Below, piece after piece: positions 54,688 to 64,000 of a stretch of DNA of 64,000 nucleotides. The notes beneath the pieces are model-generated. The model made no database searches, was not told the origin of the DNA, and saw nothing but the letters and a program-made list of their open reading frames with translations. Within the stretch, counting starts at the first letter, position 1. Each line of letters opens with the position of its first letter. The position numbers and the translations under genes are program-made. This DNA comes from Bdellovibrionales bacterium (GTDB taxonomy: Bacteria; Bdellovibrionota; Bdellovibrionia; Bdellovibrionales; UBA1609), in assembly GCA_965199825.1 (NCBI GenBank), contig OZ241329.1:1920001-1984000 (forward strand), read 5' to 3'.

Positions 54688-56154
54688 ATGAGTTTATACA
54701 AAACTTTAAAAATGAGCTTAGGTCCTACAGCATTTTCAAAAGCTCAAGGCGGGTTTTTACCTCACCTTGTGGTGATGATTGGTTCCGAAAATCAGATTCC
54801 AATTTTTAAAAAAACTTTTTTAATCGACGACTCCGAAATGGAGATGCTTAAAAAATCGAGTAAACCAGTGACCAAACTCAAATCTTTGTTTGTGGTCCGA
54901 CCTTACCTTAACTCCGCATTCCCAAAAAATGCCTTTGCTCAAGCTCGCGAATCCCTAGGCATGATCAAGCCCATGCTGGATGAACTTCAGCAAAAAAAAA
55001 TTCAAGTTCATTTTTTGGAATGCAATCAAGATCAAATTGACGGTGCTTTGATAGGACTTCTGTTAGCAAGCTACCGATATAAGCCTCAAATTTCAAAAAT
55101 CAGTTATGTCATCAGCCCCAAAGAGACCACCTATGATAAAGTCACTGCCATTGCTGAGAGTGTGAATCTGTGTCGCCATCTGACCAATTTGCCGAGCAAT
55201 CTTTTAAATACCAAAACCTATTCAGAATTGATTGCGGAGCTGTTTAAAAACGACCGGCAAATCCAGTGCGAGGTCTGGTCTGTGGCGCGATTAAAAAAAG
55301 AAAATATGGGATTGTTACTGGCCGTGGGTCAAAGTAGCGAACATCGATCTACCTTTGTTCACCTTAAATACCGACCCAAAGGTACAAAACTTAAACCCAT
55401 CGCATTGGTCGGAAAAGGAATTGTTTTTGATTCAGGTGGGCTCGATCTTAAATCGGCAGCGGGCATGCGAATTATGAAAAAAGATATGTCAGGTTCTGCA
55501 GTGGTGGTGTCGGTTTTAAATTGGGCGCAACTTTCAAAAAGTCCACAACCTCTTGATGTTTATATTCCTCTTGCCGAAAATTCGGTGAGCTCAAATTCTT
55601 TTCGACCCGGAGACGTGTTGACCTCGCGCAGTGGTCAAACTGTTGAAATTCATAACACCGATGCTGAGGGGCGCTTGGTGTTGGCGGATGCTTTGGATGT
55701 GGCGGTTAAAAAAACTGGAGCCGATCAGCCCCAGTGTGTGATCAACGTGGCGACTCTTACCGGAGCGATTAAGGTTGGCTTAGGCAGTGATGTGGCAGGA
55801 CTTTTTTGTAATGACGACGAACTTGCTCAAAATTTAAAACAGGCGAGCGACCAAGTGGGCGATCCAATATGGCGAATGCCTCTTTATCAAAAATATAATA
55901 ACCAGCTCAACAGCACAGTGGCAGATCTTGTCAATTCGAGCGACGGTTTTGGTGGAGCCATCACCGCCGCTTTATTTTTGGAAAAATTTGTGGGTAAAAC
56001 GCGTTGGGCTCATCTTGATATTTACGGTTGGAAAGATCAATCGGATGGCTGCCTCATCGAGCCCGGGGGGTCGGGCCAAGCGGTTCAAACCCTGATTCAA
56101 TTTTTAATCAATACAGCAGGAACAAATTCTTTAAATCGAAATGGAGATTTATGA
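54688..56154 (+). CDS. pepA: Leucyl aminopeptidase (M17)
   Basis: GKGIVFDSGGLDLK, MKKDMSG, NTDAEGRLVLAD, WAHLDI. Confidence 0.9.
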   Translation: MSLYKTLKMSLGPTAFSKAQGGFLPHLVVMIGSENQIPIFKKTFLIDDSEMEMLKKSSKPVTKLKSLFVVRPYLNSAFPKNAFAQARESLGMIKPMLDELQQKKIQVHFLECNQDQIDGALIGLLLASYRYKPQISKISYVISPKETTYDKVTAIAESVNLCRHLTNLPSNLLNTKTYSELIAELFKNDRQIQCEVWSVARLKKENMGLLLAVGQSSEHRSTFVHLKYRPKGTKLKPIALVGKGIVFDSGGLDLKSAAGMRIMKKDMSGSAVVVSVLNWAQLSKSPQPLDVYIPLAENSVSSNSFRPGDVLTSRSGQTVEIHNTDAEGRLVLADALDVAVKKTGADQPQCVINVATLTGAIKVGLGSDVAGLFCNDDELAQNLKQASDQVGDPIWRMPLYQKYNNQLNSTVADLVNSSDGFGGAITAALFLEKFVGKTRWAHLDIYGWKDQSDGCLIEPGGSGQAVQTLIQFLINTAGTNSLNRNGDL

Positions 56155-56864
56155 AACAACACATGTGGCTCTTCGCTTTTTTATTTTTTATTGCACCCCG
56201 AGCTTGGAGCCAAACCTCAGACTCGGATTCTTTTTTTCAAGGGGTTGAACTTCAGGTGGGTGCAGAGATTCCGCTTCAGGTGGGGGGTCGGGTTCGGGTG
56301 TTGTTGCCCGAAAACTTTTATGTGCTCGCCGGCTTAGGGATTAGTCCACAGATGTTTACCGATACCATTGGCAGCATTGATAATGCTTTTGGATTAATGG
56401 GATCCAGCACCTCAAAGGCTGCGGGGCAGGCGATCAGGAATGCTTTTTATTTAGATCTTCGCACGGGTTACAAGGTGCGGATGGGGTCAAAATTTTTTAA
56501 CGGATTTTTTGTTGATGTGGGCTATTCGTTGATGGCGGGCTCAGGTGGAAATATCAGCACCAATGATATCAACAACCTCACCGGAACGGTTTATCCCACC
56601 GGCGCCAATGCCGATGTCAAAGCGGTACTTCATAGCTTGACTGGTCACATGGGTTTTACTTTTACAATCGGCAAGAGGTTTTTACTTTCGACTGAAGCAG
56701 GACTTGTCAAACCGCTCGCTTCGGTGAATACAGTGAGCTCAAATAATATTTCGGAACCTCAGGCTTCGGCCATGCGGCAAGATGTCGACTCCAACTTGAA
56801 GTCGGCCATTGTGAGCCACATGTGGATTCCAACTTTAAGTATTTTTGGCTCATTAATGTTTTAA
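56151..56864 (+). CDS. Hypothetical outer-membrane protein
   Basis: ATG 56151 after GGAG, signal (…AWS), beta-strand pattern, terminal Phe. Confidence 0.6.
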   Translation: MKQHMWLFAFLFFIAPRAWSQTSDSDSFFQGVELQVGAEIPLQVGGRVRVLLPENFYVLAGLGISPQMFTDTIGSIDNAFGLMGSSTSKAAGQAIRNAFYLDLRTGYKVRMGSKFFNGFFVDVGYSLMAGSGGNISTNDINNLTGTVYPTGANADVKAVLHSLTGHMGFTFTIGKRFLLSTEAGLVKPLASVNTVSSNNISEPQASAMRQDVDSNLKSAIVSHMWIPTLSIFGSLMF

Positions 56865-56878
56865 CAAAAGGATGATTT

Positions 56879-57193
56879 GTGTCTGAAGTTGAAGAACTGA
56901 ACGACGGGAATTTTCAAGAGGCTCTTGCTCGCCAATCAAAAACCATTGTCGACGTTTTTGCAAGTTGGTGTGGACCTTGTCGATTGTTTTCGCCAATTTT
57001 TAAAAAGGTTTCGGAAGACTATAAAGATATCGGATTTTACAAAATCGATGGCGATGCCCATCCCAATTCACGCAATGATCTGACCATCGATAATTTGCCT
57101 TACGTTGCATTTTTTAAAGACGGCAAATTTGTTAAAGGCACTTCGACTTCGACCGAACAAGGTTTGATCGAGTTTTTAAAGAGTGTGATCTAA
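56879..57193 (+). CDS. Thioredoxin family protein
   Basis: ASWCGPC motif. Confidence 0.9.
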   Translation: MSEVEELNDGNFQEALARQSKTIVDVFASWCGPCRLFSPIFKKVSEDYKDIGFYKIDGDAHPNSRNDLTIDNLPYVAFFKDGKFVKGTSTSTEQGLIEFLKSVI

Positions 57194-57432
57194 TGAAATT
57201 GGCTGAGGTCAAACGTCTGGTCAACCAAGCCGAAATTGAATCCATCCAACAAGCGATTGTGTCATTTGAACACAACCGCACCAATCTCTTAAATGTGAGC
57301 GGTGAGAGTGAAGGCGAAATATTAAGTCATCTGTTGGCGGCCGAATTTGTTATGGGCAGAATGAAAAATGGCGAGTCTCTCAATGAGGCAGTGAGAGAAT
57401 ATTCAAAGCGCATCCGATCGATCATTTCCTGA
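57193..57432 (+). CDS. Small helical protein, DUF6952-like
   Basis: Coupled to thioredoxin (TAATG overlap); GESEGEILSHLLAA...AVREYSKRIRSIIS recalled as the Bacteroidota thioredoxin-neighbour family. Confidence 0.55.
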   Translation: MKLAEVKRLVNQAEIESIQQAIVSFEHNRTNLLNVSGESEGEILSHLLAAEFVMGRMKNGESLNEAVREYSKRIRSIIS

Positions 57433-57490
57433 CACCGATAGATCGTTAATCAGTTTCATCAAATTTTATACCATTTAAATTGATTTCATT

Positions 57491-57506
57491 TGGTCCCCTC
57501 TTTGCA
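57491..57506 (+). promoter_or_regulatory. Putative sigma54 promoter
   Basis: TGGT-CCCCTCT-TTGCA, canonical GG-N10-GC spacing. Confidence 0.5.
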
Positions 57507-57530
57507 AAATGAGCTGTGGGGGACTACGAC

Positions 57531-58466
57531 TTGCTGAAGCATCTGAACTATACAAAATTTATTTTGTCTCTTTTTGCGACACTAATTTTAAGTGGCTGCA
57601 CGGGTGCTCGACTTTTACCTTGGGTGCGTGCTCAAGTTCTGCCAAAGGCCGCAATCAAAGTTTTGAATTACTGTGCAACAAGTGGATATAGCTACAGCGA
57701 TACCTTTGCCACAAATCTCTCATCAAAAATGGCCAATGAAAAATGGCTCGAAGATTTTGATCGTGACGGTTTAACTGACAGTGTTGAATCTGATTCTTTA
57801 AATCAGACCACCTACGGGATCCTTCCAACGTCGGCCTACTCGACCGGAACTGACTATACTGATCTTTCACTTTTTACTTTAGGAATTTTGGCGGCAAGCG
57901 ATCCCAGTTTGAGCCAATGTCTTTTTCCACCGACCCAAGATTCCGATTACGATAATCTCACCGATTGTGATGAAGCAATTCTTCATACGGATCGTTTTAA
58001 TCCAGATTCAGATGGAGATGGCATCCCTGATGGTCTCGAAGTGAGAAACTCAACGAATCCATTGGACGCCAACGACTCAACCAGCGATCCTGATTTAGAT
58101 GGGCTCACTAATCTGGAAGAAATTAAAATGAATACACCAATTTCATTTACCAACTCGCCGCTCACAACAGCGCTGGCATTGAACTATTCGATCACCCAAG
58201 TACTTGACGATGCTCAAGGAAATAATTGTTACAACATCACCGTACGAAATTTTCCGATTTTGCCTGAGAGTAACGGAAATCTTTTAAGAATTTTTGTGAT
58301 CGAAAATAAAACGGTGGTGAACAGTGGGGTCTCACAAAATATTCAGACCCTCACCGTTGTTTTACCCCAAACCACCGAAGATCAATCGATGGTTGTGGCA
58401 AATGGACTTAATAATCAAACCCTCGACGGCACATCGACACCACTAACTATTGTTCCTGTAGACTAG
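57531..58466 (+). CDS. Lipoprotein with thrombospondin type-3-like Ca-binding (DxDxDG) repeats
   Basis: TTG after GGGGG, lipobox LSGC, DFDRDGLTD, DSDYDNLTD, DSDGDGIPD, DPDLDGLTN. Confidence 0.75.
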   Translation: MLKHLNYTKFILSLFATLILSGCTGARLLPWVRAQVLPKAAIKVLNYCATSGYSYSDTFATNLSSKMANEKWLEDFDRDGLTDSVESDSLNQTTYGILPTSAYSTGTDYTDLSLFTLGILAASDPSLSQCLFPPTQDSDYDNLTDCDEAILHTDRFNPDSDGDGIPDGLEVRNSTNPLDANDSTSDPDLDGLTNLEEIKMNTPISFTNSPLTTALALNYSITQVLDDAQGNNCYNITVRNFPILPESNGNLLRIFVIENKTVVNSGVSQNIQTLTVVLPQTTEDQSMVVANGLNNQTLDGTSTPLTIVPVD

Positions 58467-58474
58467 GAGAGACT

Positions 58475-60070
58475 TTGAAACGGCGAAACAAAATTTCATT
58501 TTTTACGCTTGCGAGTTTGTCGCTGATCTTAGGTCATGGCTGCAGTAACGTGAATCTGTTGCCCAAAACTGATCAAGCTTCGGCAATGACAGCGGCGAGC
58601 GTGAATTTTTGCACCACACCCGCAAACACAATTAAGAGTGCACTTAAATTTATTTTTGTGGTCGATCGTTCGGGCAGTAATCAATTGGTTTATCCTAAAA
58701 ATCCTGCCACCGGAAATTATGATCTTCCACCTGTCGCTGGAACGGATCCTTCAGGTATTCGTCGCTTTGGAGCGATCTTAAATTTCGTCAGATCTTATTC
58801 TAGTGATCCAAATATTTTTTGGAGCATGGTCAATTTTTCTGATGACGTCATGAGCGGCAGCAATTTTCAGGGTTTTACAAATCAACAAAATTCTTTTTTA
58901 AGTTTCGTAAATAACCAATATACAAACACCGCATCGATTGATGGTGGAGACACCAATTACGTTTCGACGGTTAGATTTATCCAAAAAATGATCAATGATG
59001 ATATCACGGCAGCGTCACTTGTGAATCCTGCGGTGTCTTCAAACTATGTCATATTTTTTATTTCAGATGGTGCGCCTATCGTAACTGGAAATTTACAAAA
59101 AGGATCAGACATCACCTCTGTTGTGAGCAGTACCGCAGCGATGCAACAGTCCAACCCCAACTATGTGGATGGGATAGAGTTTAATACTGGATTTACCGGC
59201 AATTCCGATCCCGTGGCCAGTTCGCTGTTACAACAGATGTCGAGCAATGCGAGCGGCACCGCACTTGATTTTAGTGGTGGTCAGACGATTGATTTTTCGA
59301 GATTTTCGGTACCCACACGGATTGCAAAATTTGTGATGAAAGAGTTTTGGGTGGTGAATCAAAATACCATTTGGGAAAATGGACAAATTGTTTTGGATTC
59401 TGATGGCGACGGAATTTCGGATCGTAAAGAATTGCAGTTAGGTTCTGATCCCACAAAAGTGGATTCAGATGGCAACGGTGTCAGTGACGCGGTTGAATTA
59501 AAAGCGACCGGTATGCCGTGCAAAGATTCAAAATGTGCGGTGAGTGGGGCTGATCCCTTTGTGACTTGTGCCACAATTGTTCAAAGCACGGGCCCCAAGT
59601 ATTTAGACTCTGATGGTGATGGGCTTAACGACTGCGAAGAGCATTTGCTTGGCAGCGCTCCAAAAGATTTCGATTCAAATTTGGATTATGTGCCTGACGA
59701 TATGGCGCTCCGAATGGGAATCAACATTACTGGTGCAAGCTCACTAGGTCTTGATCCTGACTTTGATGGCTTATCAAATTACTTTGAGCTTAAGTACAAC
59801 ACTCCTATGCTCTCGGCCAACAACATCATTCCAAACCTGCAGCAAATTCAGGTGACATCAAATATGGTGTCATCAACCGCTCAGCAAGATTGTTACAGTA
59901 TGAATATCAACAACATCGCAGCGGTGACTAAATTTGATAAGATTAAACTGTATCTGATTGAGAACACTCAGTCGTACACCCAAAAACGAGTCTTGCGTGA
60001 AGCCAATGTGCAAATGCAGGGTGGGGCTGTCTCAGCTCAAGACACTGATTTTATAAAGGTAAATCAATAA
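58475..60070 (+). CDS. VWA (MIDAS) plus TSP3-like repeat lipoprotein (CglB/MtsD-like adhesin)
   Basis: AGGAG RBS, Cys after signal, MIDAS DRSGS...T...SDG, and about five DxDxDG repeats. Confidence 0.75.
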   Translation: MKRRNKISFFTLASLSLILGHGCSNVNLLPKTDQASAMTAASVNFCTTPANTIKSALKFIFVVDRSGSNQLVYPKNPATGNYDLPPVAGTDPSGIRRFGAILNFVRSYSSDPNIFWSMVNFSDDVMSGSNFQGFTNQQNSFLSFVNNQYTNTASIDGGDTNYVSTVRFIQKMINDDITAASLVNPAVSSNYVIFFISDGAPIVTGNLQKGSDITSVVSSTAAMQQSNPNYVDGIEFNTGFTGNSDPVASSLLQQMSSNASGTALDFSGGQTIDFSRFSVPTRIAKFVMKEFWVVNQNTIWENGQIVLDSDGDGISDRKELQLGSDPTKVDSDGNGVSDAVELKATGMPCKDSKCAVSGADPFVTCATIVQSTGPKYLDSDGDGLNDCEEHLLGSAPKDFDSNLDYVPDDMALRMGINITGASSLGLDPDFDGLSNYFELKYNTPMLSANNIIPNLQQIQVTSNMVSSTAQQDCYSMNINNIAAVTKFDKIKLYLIENTQSYTQKRVLREANVQMQGGAVSAQDTDFIKVNQ

Positions 60071-60119
60071 ACACTGTTTGACTGATAGACGGTGTAGGCA
60101 TCTTTGAAATGATCTGACC

Positions 60120-60135
60120 CGGCCTTGTGGTTGCA
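60120..60135 (+). promoter_or_regulatory. Putative sigma54 promoter
   Basis: CGGC-CTTGTGG-TTGCA, canonical spacing, upstream of 60167. Confidence 0.5.
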
Positions 60136-60166
60136 ATTTAACGTTTAAAGAAATGGCAGGAATCAA

Positions 60167-61594
60167 ATGAAAAAACTCTTACGTCTCTACCCAGTTTTTC
60201 TGATCGGTTGCAGCGCAGGCATGTCGTCTTCGGTGAGCAATCTTTCATCTTTATCGTCTCAATTAGATCCAGGTGCAATCCAACAGGCGGCACAAATCAA
60301 TTGTACAATTAAAGATGTGAACACGAGCGAAACCGTTCAGCTTCACACCATCTTGTCATTAGATACCACCTTTCAAACATCACCCACTTTGAACGACACT
60401 TTACTTTTTGATTGCTCAAACACAAACGATGCTGCCGGTAATTTGAAGTTTTCGATGGATCCGAACTACATTTCTTCGTCACCCCAATTTGTTGCCAAAA
60501 ATAATGCCCAGTTTAGCGTGACGCTAAATAAAACAGGCATTATTCCAATGGCGATTCAAGTTGTTGATGGTGCTTCGCTCGTAAGAGTAAAGACCTTTAA
60601 CATTCCGGTGAAGTGTTCGGCCCAAGTTGTTCCAGTAGTAAATGCGAGCAATGTTTCGATTACTCCCACGGGTAAATTAAATTACTTTAACTATGCGGTC
60701 AGCGGAGTCACAGGCGGCAATAACTTTAAATATGCCTGGGATTTTAATGGTGACGGCGTTTATGATTCCTTTGATTTAAGCGGAAATATTTGGTCGACCA
60801 ATGCATCTTTGGCCAATATCTATACCTTGTACGCAGATCAACGAACCATTGGTTTAAAAGTTGTTAACGACTGCGGTTTTGAAGCCGACGTTGTTTTACA
60901 TCCTAACTTTGTGATGCCAAACATCGACCGCACTTCATCTTCACTTGCTGTAGCAAAACCTTATTTTTATTTGCAAAGCGATATCTCAAGTTCGACCCTT
61001 CAAGATGCACGACACAATGTGGATTTTTTAGGAACACAATATCCTGGCGATCCATTCCAACGTACAGAGCCCGATTATCAATTCCACCGTGTCGGTCAGC
61101 CCGCAAGTTTTACTCTTAAATCTCACAATTGGTATACCGGTGGGACTCAAGAAGAAACAAGCAGTGCGCTTCTTCATGGTATGGACTTTAAGGTCGACAA
61201 TATTCCTGACTCTGGACAAATGGGCGAGCAAGTTTTTACCGAAACTTCAAATACAAACGGGGTCAAAATCAGTTCGATCAATTACATTGTGTCAGCAGGT
61301 TCTGATGGGATTGCCCAAGAGCGATTTGGTTTAACAAATTCATGCTCGCTTACGATCCACGTCAAACGCTCGGCTGCAGTTCAACCGTGTTCTGCGGGCA
61401 TGACCCAGTCTTCTGATTTTACCGAATCTGTTGCGGTTGAAATTTTTGGTGAATTTGATTGCCCCACATTAGTGGACAGCTCAAATCGCACCATCGCTGC
61501 ACATAACGGAAAATTTTATTCTCAAGTCGGTCCGGCTGACCAATGTATTGGCGGCGGCGGCGGTGGTGGCGGCGCTCCACCTCCTAGACAATAG
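60167..61594 (+). CDS. Ser/Thr-rich surface lipoprotein with PKD-like domain
   Basis: Lipobox LIGC, YAWDFNGDGVYD, beta-rich, Gly8-APPP tail. Confidence 0.65.
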   Translation: MKKLLRLYPVFLIGCSAGMSSSVSNLSSLSSQLDPGAIQQAAQINCTIKDVNTSETVQLHTILSLDTTFQTSPTLNDTLLFDCSNTNDAAGNLKFSMDPNYISSSPQFVAKNNAQFSVTLNKTGIIPMAIQVVDGASLVRVKTFNIPVKCSAQVVPVVNASNVSITPTGKLNYFNYAVSGVTGGNNFKYAWDFNGDGVYDSFDLSGNIWSTNASLANIYTLYADQRTIGLKVVNDCGFEADVVLHPNFVMPNIDRTSSSLAVAKPYFYLQSDISSSTLQDARHNVDFLGTQYPGDPFQRTEPDYQFHRVGQPASFTLKSHNWYTGGTQEETSSALLHGMDFKVDNIPDSGQMGEQVFTETSNTNGVKISSINYIVSAGSDGIAQERFGLTNSCSLTIHVKRSAAVQPCSAGMTQSSDFTESVAVEIFGEFDCPTLVDSSNRTIAAHNGKFYSQVGPADQCIGGGGGGGGAPPPRQ

Positions 61595-61907
61595 GATATT
61601 TGCGAGCGGTTTTTTTAAGTTTGCTCGCAAAACTTTGACTTAAGTCAAAGTCAAATTTCTGGGCAAATCGTAAAAGAACAAACAGGCAATCGGCCAGCTC
61701 ATCACAAATCGCTTCTTTTTCAAGCTCAAGGACTTTTAAAACTTGGGCTTCATTTTTATACCGAAAAAGCTCCATCAACTCACCCGCCTCAAGACTTAAA
61801 CCAATCGATAGATCTTTTGCTGTATGAACCTTATCCCAATCTCTTTGCTCGCAAAAAACTTGAACATCTTTTTTTAATTTTTCTAAAGTAATTTGAGTAT
61901 CATCCAT
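61584..61907 (-). CDS. MazG-like nucleotide pyrophosphohydrolase
   Basis: RDWDKVH, EAGELMELF, DELAD, KYP. Confidence 0.88.
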   Translation of the reverse strand: MDDTQITLEKLKKDVQVFCEQRDWDKVHTAKDLSIGLSLEAGELMELFRYKNEAQVLKVLELEKEAICDELADCLFVLLRFAQKFDFDLSQSFASKLKKTARKYPIV

Positions 61908-62577
61908 GAAATTGATCCTTTAAAATTCTTAATCTTTTAAAATCCTCAACGTTATTTGATGCGCGCAAAAATGGATTCCACTCGGTTTCAAATCCGATGG
62001 TCGAGGGAATCGTGGGGCCACTGAGCGGTAAATCAGGTTGAGGAAAATCGAGATGTTTTAAAAATTTAAGATTCGATCTGGTGTACTCATGCCCACAATA
62101 CAATCGACAATCATCAGGAAGTTTTAAAAACTGTTGTAAACTTAAAGCCATTTGCTCAAAGCTGCCCTCAAACAACCGTCCGCAGCCTAACGAAAACAAA
62201 GTGTCGCCACTAAAAACAGCCTCGCCCCCATTGAGGATGTAAGCCACACTGTTCATTGTATGGCCGGGCACTGCTATCATTTGAAATTGAAAACCAAGAA
62301 CCTCAAAATTCTGATTTGCTTTTAAGGGTTGAGTTTTAAAAAAATTATCTTTTTCAAATCCATAAATATCACATTTGGTTTTTTGATAAAGCTCTTGGTT
62401 GCCCGCAATATGATCTTGGTGATGATGCGTCGATAAAATACTTTTGAGTTTTTTGTCTCCAAGCTTTTTGAATATCGGCTGGGCCTCGCAGGCATCGATG
62501 ATCAAGGCCTTGTCACCTTGAGTGAGAAGATAAGAATAGTTGTCTTGATAACAGGGAATAAGTTCAACGTGCGTCAT
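61900..62577 (-). CDS. gloB: Hydroxyacylglutathione hydrolase (glyoxalase II)
   Basis: DNYSY, THHHQDH, PGHT, FSGDTLFSLGCGRLFEG, CGHEYT. Confidence 0.93.
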   Translation of the reverse strand: MTHVELIPCYQDNYSYLLTQGDKALIIDACEAQPIFKKLGDKKLKSILSTHHHQDHIAGNQELYQKTKCDIYGFEKDNFFKTQPLKANQNFEVLGFQFQMIAVPGHTMNSVAYILNGGEAVFSGDTLFSLGCGRLFEGSFEQMALSLQQFLKLPDDCRLYCGHEYTRSNLKFLKHLDFPQPDLPLSGPTIPSTIGFETEWNPFLRASNNVEDFKRLRILKDQFHG

Positions 62578-63299
62578 GAGAGAATTTCGAGATAATTTTT
62601 TACTGTGGTCTCAAGCCCCAGATAAAGGGCTTCGCAAATCAACGCATGACCAATCGAGACTTCATTTAAAGGCCGAACATGATCCACCAGAATTTTTATA
62701 TTTTTGAGCGAGAGATCATGACCCGCATTAATGCCGATGCCGAACTGTGAACATGTTTTAGCAAGTGTAGCATAAGAATTCAAAATTTCGGGGCTCTCAC
62801 AATTTTCTGCAAAGCTTTCGGTGTAGAGTTCAATCCGCTCAGGCATTAATTTTTTTAGGGCTTCAGTAGATTCAGATGTCCAATTTGTTGGATCAACAAA
62901 TATCGAGGCCCTGATATTTCGAGATTGAAGTCGATCAATCGCTTTTTTGAGTTGATCAAAATTGTCGATCACATTCCAACCTGCATTTGAGGTGATCGCC
63001 TCAGGAGGGTCGGGCACCAAGGTGCATTGATGCGCACAGGTGCTCTCAACCAACTTTAAAAAATCATCCGAGGGATAGCCCTCAATATTGTATTCGACAT
63101 CAAACTCTTTGATCATTTCCGACAAGGCTAAAACATCGCTTTTACGAATGTGGCGTTCATCGGGTCGAGGATGCACCGTAATTCCATGCGCACCGAATAA
63201 AATAATATCTCGAGCCATTTGAACCACATCTGGATTGTTTTTTCCGCGGGCGTTTCTAATGGTGGCAAGCTTATTCACATTCACACTTAATTGGGTCAT
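62574..63299 (-). CDS. pdxJ: Pyridoxine 5'-phosphate synthase
   Basis: LSVNVNKLATIRNARG, HPRPDERHI, ELYT, NAGHDL, IGHALI. Confidence 0.95.
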   Translation of the reverse strand: MTQLSVNVNKLATIRNARGKNNPDVVQMARDIILFGAHGITVHPRPDERHIRKSDVLALSEMIKEFDVEYNIEGYPSDDFLKLVESTCAHQCTLVPDPPEAITSNAGWNVIDNFDQLKKAIDRLQSRNIRASIFVDPTNWTSESTEALKKLMPERIELYTESFAENCESPEILNSYATLAKTCSQFGIGINAGHDLSLKNIKILVDHVRPLNEVSIGHALICEALYLGLETTVKNYLEILS

Positions 63300-63353
63300 A
63301 AGTTTTCCTTAATGTGTTGGCACTGAGCTTAACACCCGCTACCTTCAATCTTA

Positions 63354-63851
63354 ATGTCTCGCAAACTTATAATTTTACGTCATGCCCATCGTGATACTTC
63401 GGATCGAAATCTCGACAATGGACTTTCTTCTAAAGGTCTAAAGCAAGTCGATTTGCTCAAAAAATATTTTCAAGTACGAATTAACGAGGACGCTGAGCTC
63501 AAAAAATGTGTTTTTTTGAGTAGTCCAAAAAAACGCTGTCTCGATACTCTTGAGCCCCTTTCAAAGTTGGTCAACTCCAGTGCTACGGTCAACGAAGACC
63601 TCAATGAGCAAAGTGAAAAAGAAAAATTTGCTTCAGTGGAACAGCGGGTGCATCGATTTATCCATTGGTGGTCCAACAAAGGTCCAGAGATTTTGATGAT
63701 CAGCTCACATGGCGATATTCTACCGCTCTTAGCGCTTCATATGTTGGGGACGAGTTTTGATATCAAAAAAGGCTCATGGCTTGAGATTGATCAAAGAAAT
63801 CACCATGCCGAATTGATCTGCTATATTCGTAGTTTTAAATTTTGGACTTAA
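63354..63851 (+). CDS. SixA-like histidine phosphatase
   Basis: LRHA, SSPKKRC..T, SHG. Confidence 0.75.
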   Translation: MSRKLIILRHAHRDTSDRNLDNGLSSKGLKQVDLLKKYFQVRINEDAELKKCVFLSSPKKRCLDTLEPLSKLVNSSATVNEDLNEQSEKEKFASVEQRVHRFIHWWSNKGPEILMISSHGDILPLLALHMLGTSFDIKKGSWLEIDQRNHHAELICYIRSFKFWT

Positions 63852-64000
63852 AATTTTCGATGACTTCCAAAACCAATCCGTCACGCAGCGAATATTCAGT
63901 GGTCTGAACCTGATCGATTCCTAAAAATAAAATCAATTCTTCGAGCAATACGGCGGCGGGCAAAATCAAATCGGCCCTACGTGGTTCAAGCCCTGGGATG
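63835..64000 (-). CDS. 3' end of Ppx/GppA exopolyphosphatase (starts outside the window)
   Basis: Manual translation IPGLEPRRADLILPAAVLLEE...EYSLRDGLV...; RAD and LRDG motifs. Confidence 0.75.
   Translation of the reverse strand, partial: IPGLEPRRADLILPAAVLLEELILFLGIDQVQTTEYSLRDGLVLEVIENFKSKI

Noticed and set aside
61550..61573. GGN x8 tract as a phase-variation switch
   Set aside because: It is an in-frame trinucleotide tract with mixed codons at the very end of the gene, so slippage would not switch expression.
63317..63332. TGGCAC box as a sigma54 promoter for sixA
   Set aside because: The -12 position reads TTAA rather than TTGC.
442..63679. Numerous 60-180 aa antisense or alternate-frame ORFs in the supplied track (e.g. 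442-813, 1143-1625, 6015-6551, 21452-21952)
   Set aside because: They lie within well-supported genes and lack RBS or recognisable motifs.

Overview
A 64-kb, gene-dense bacterial chromosome segment. Gene content and style point to a Bdellovibrionota (Bdellovibrio-like) organism; this is inferred from protein families, not from a database search. Most of the window is housekeeping: spoVG; an htpX-like/DUF1844/degP operon; a moxR-DUF58-batABCD operon running into two lytic transglycosylases; mrp; glyQS-ppdK-smc-ftsY; zapA-ygfA-rny-tyrS; a stand-alone rpsN; iscS-iscA; apaG; pepA; gloB; pdxJ; and sixA/ppx. Accessory features: (1) a ~1.0-kb IS1-like element (338-1348) with perfect 18-bp terminal inverted repeats and a sigma54-type promoter motif next to its right end; (2) tRNA-Arg(TCG) followed immediately by a polarised tandem array of ~116-bp structured non-coding units. 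Their 3' arm is complementary to the tRNA's CCA end plus trailer, their hairpins show GGA apices on the opposite strand, and a further partial copy lies ~0.8 kb away. This is the strongest candidate for an undescribed system; (3) an orphan-rich region after that tRNA; (4) a three-gene Ca-binding/VWA(MIDAS)/PKD-like lipoprotein cluster with two sigma54-like promoters; (5) a single-Cys 'C-x-x-[LV]-L' terminal motif shared by three unrelated secreted orphans. No CRISPR array, rRNA, integrase or prophage was seen. All calls come from reading motifs by eye.
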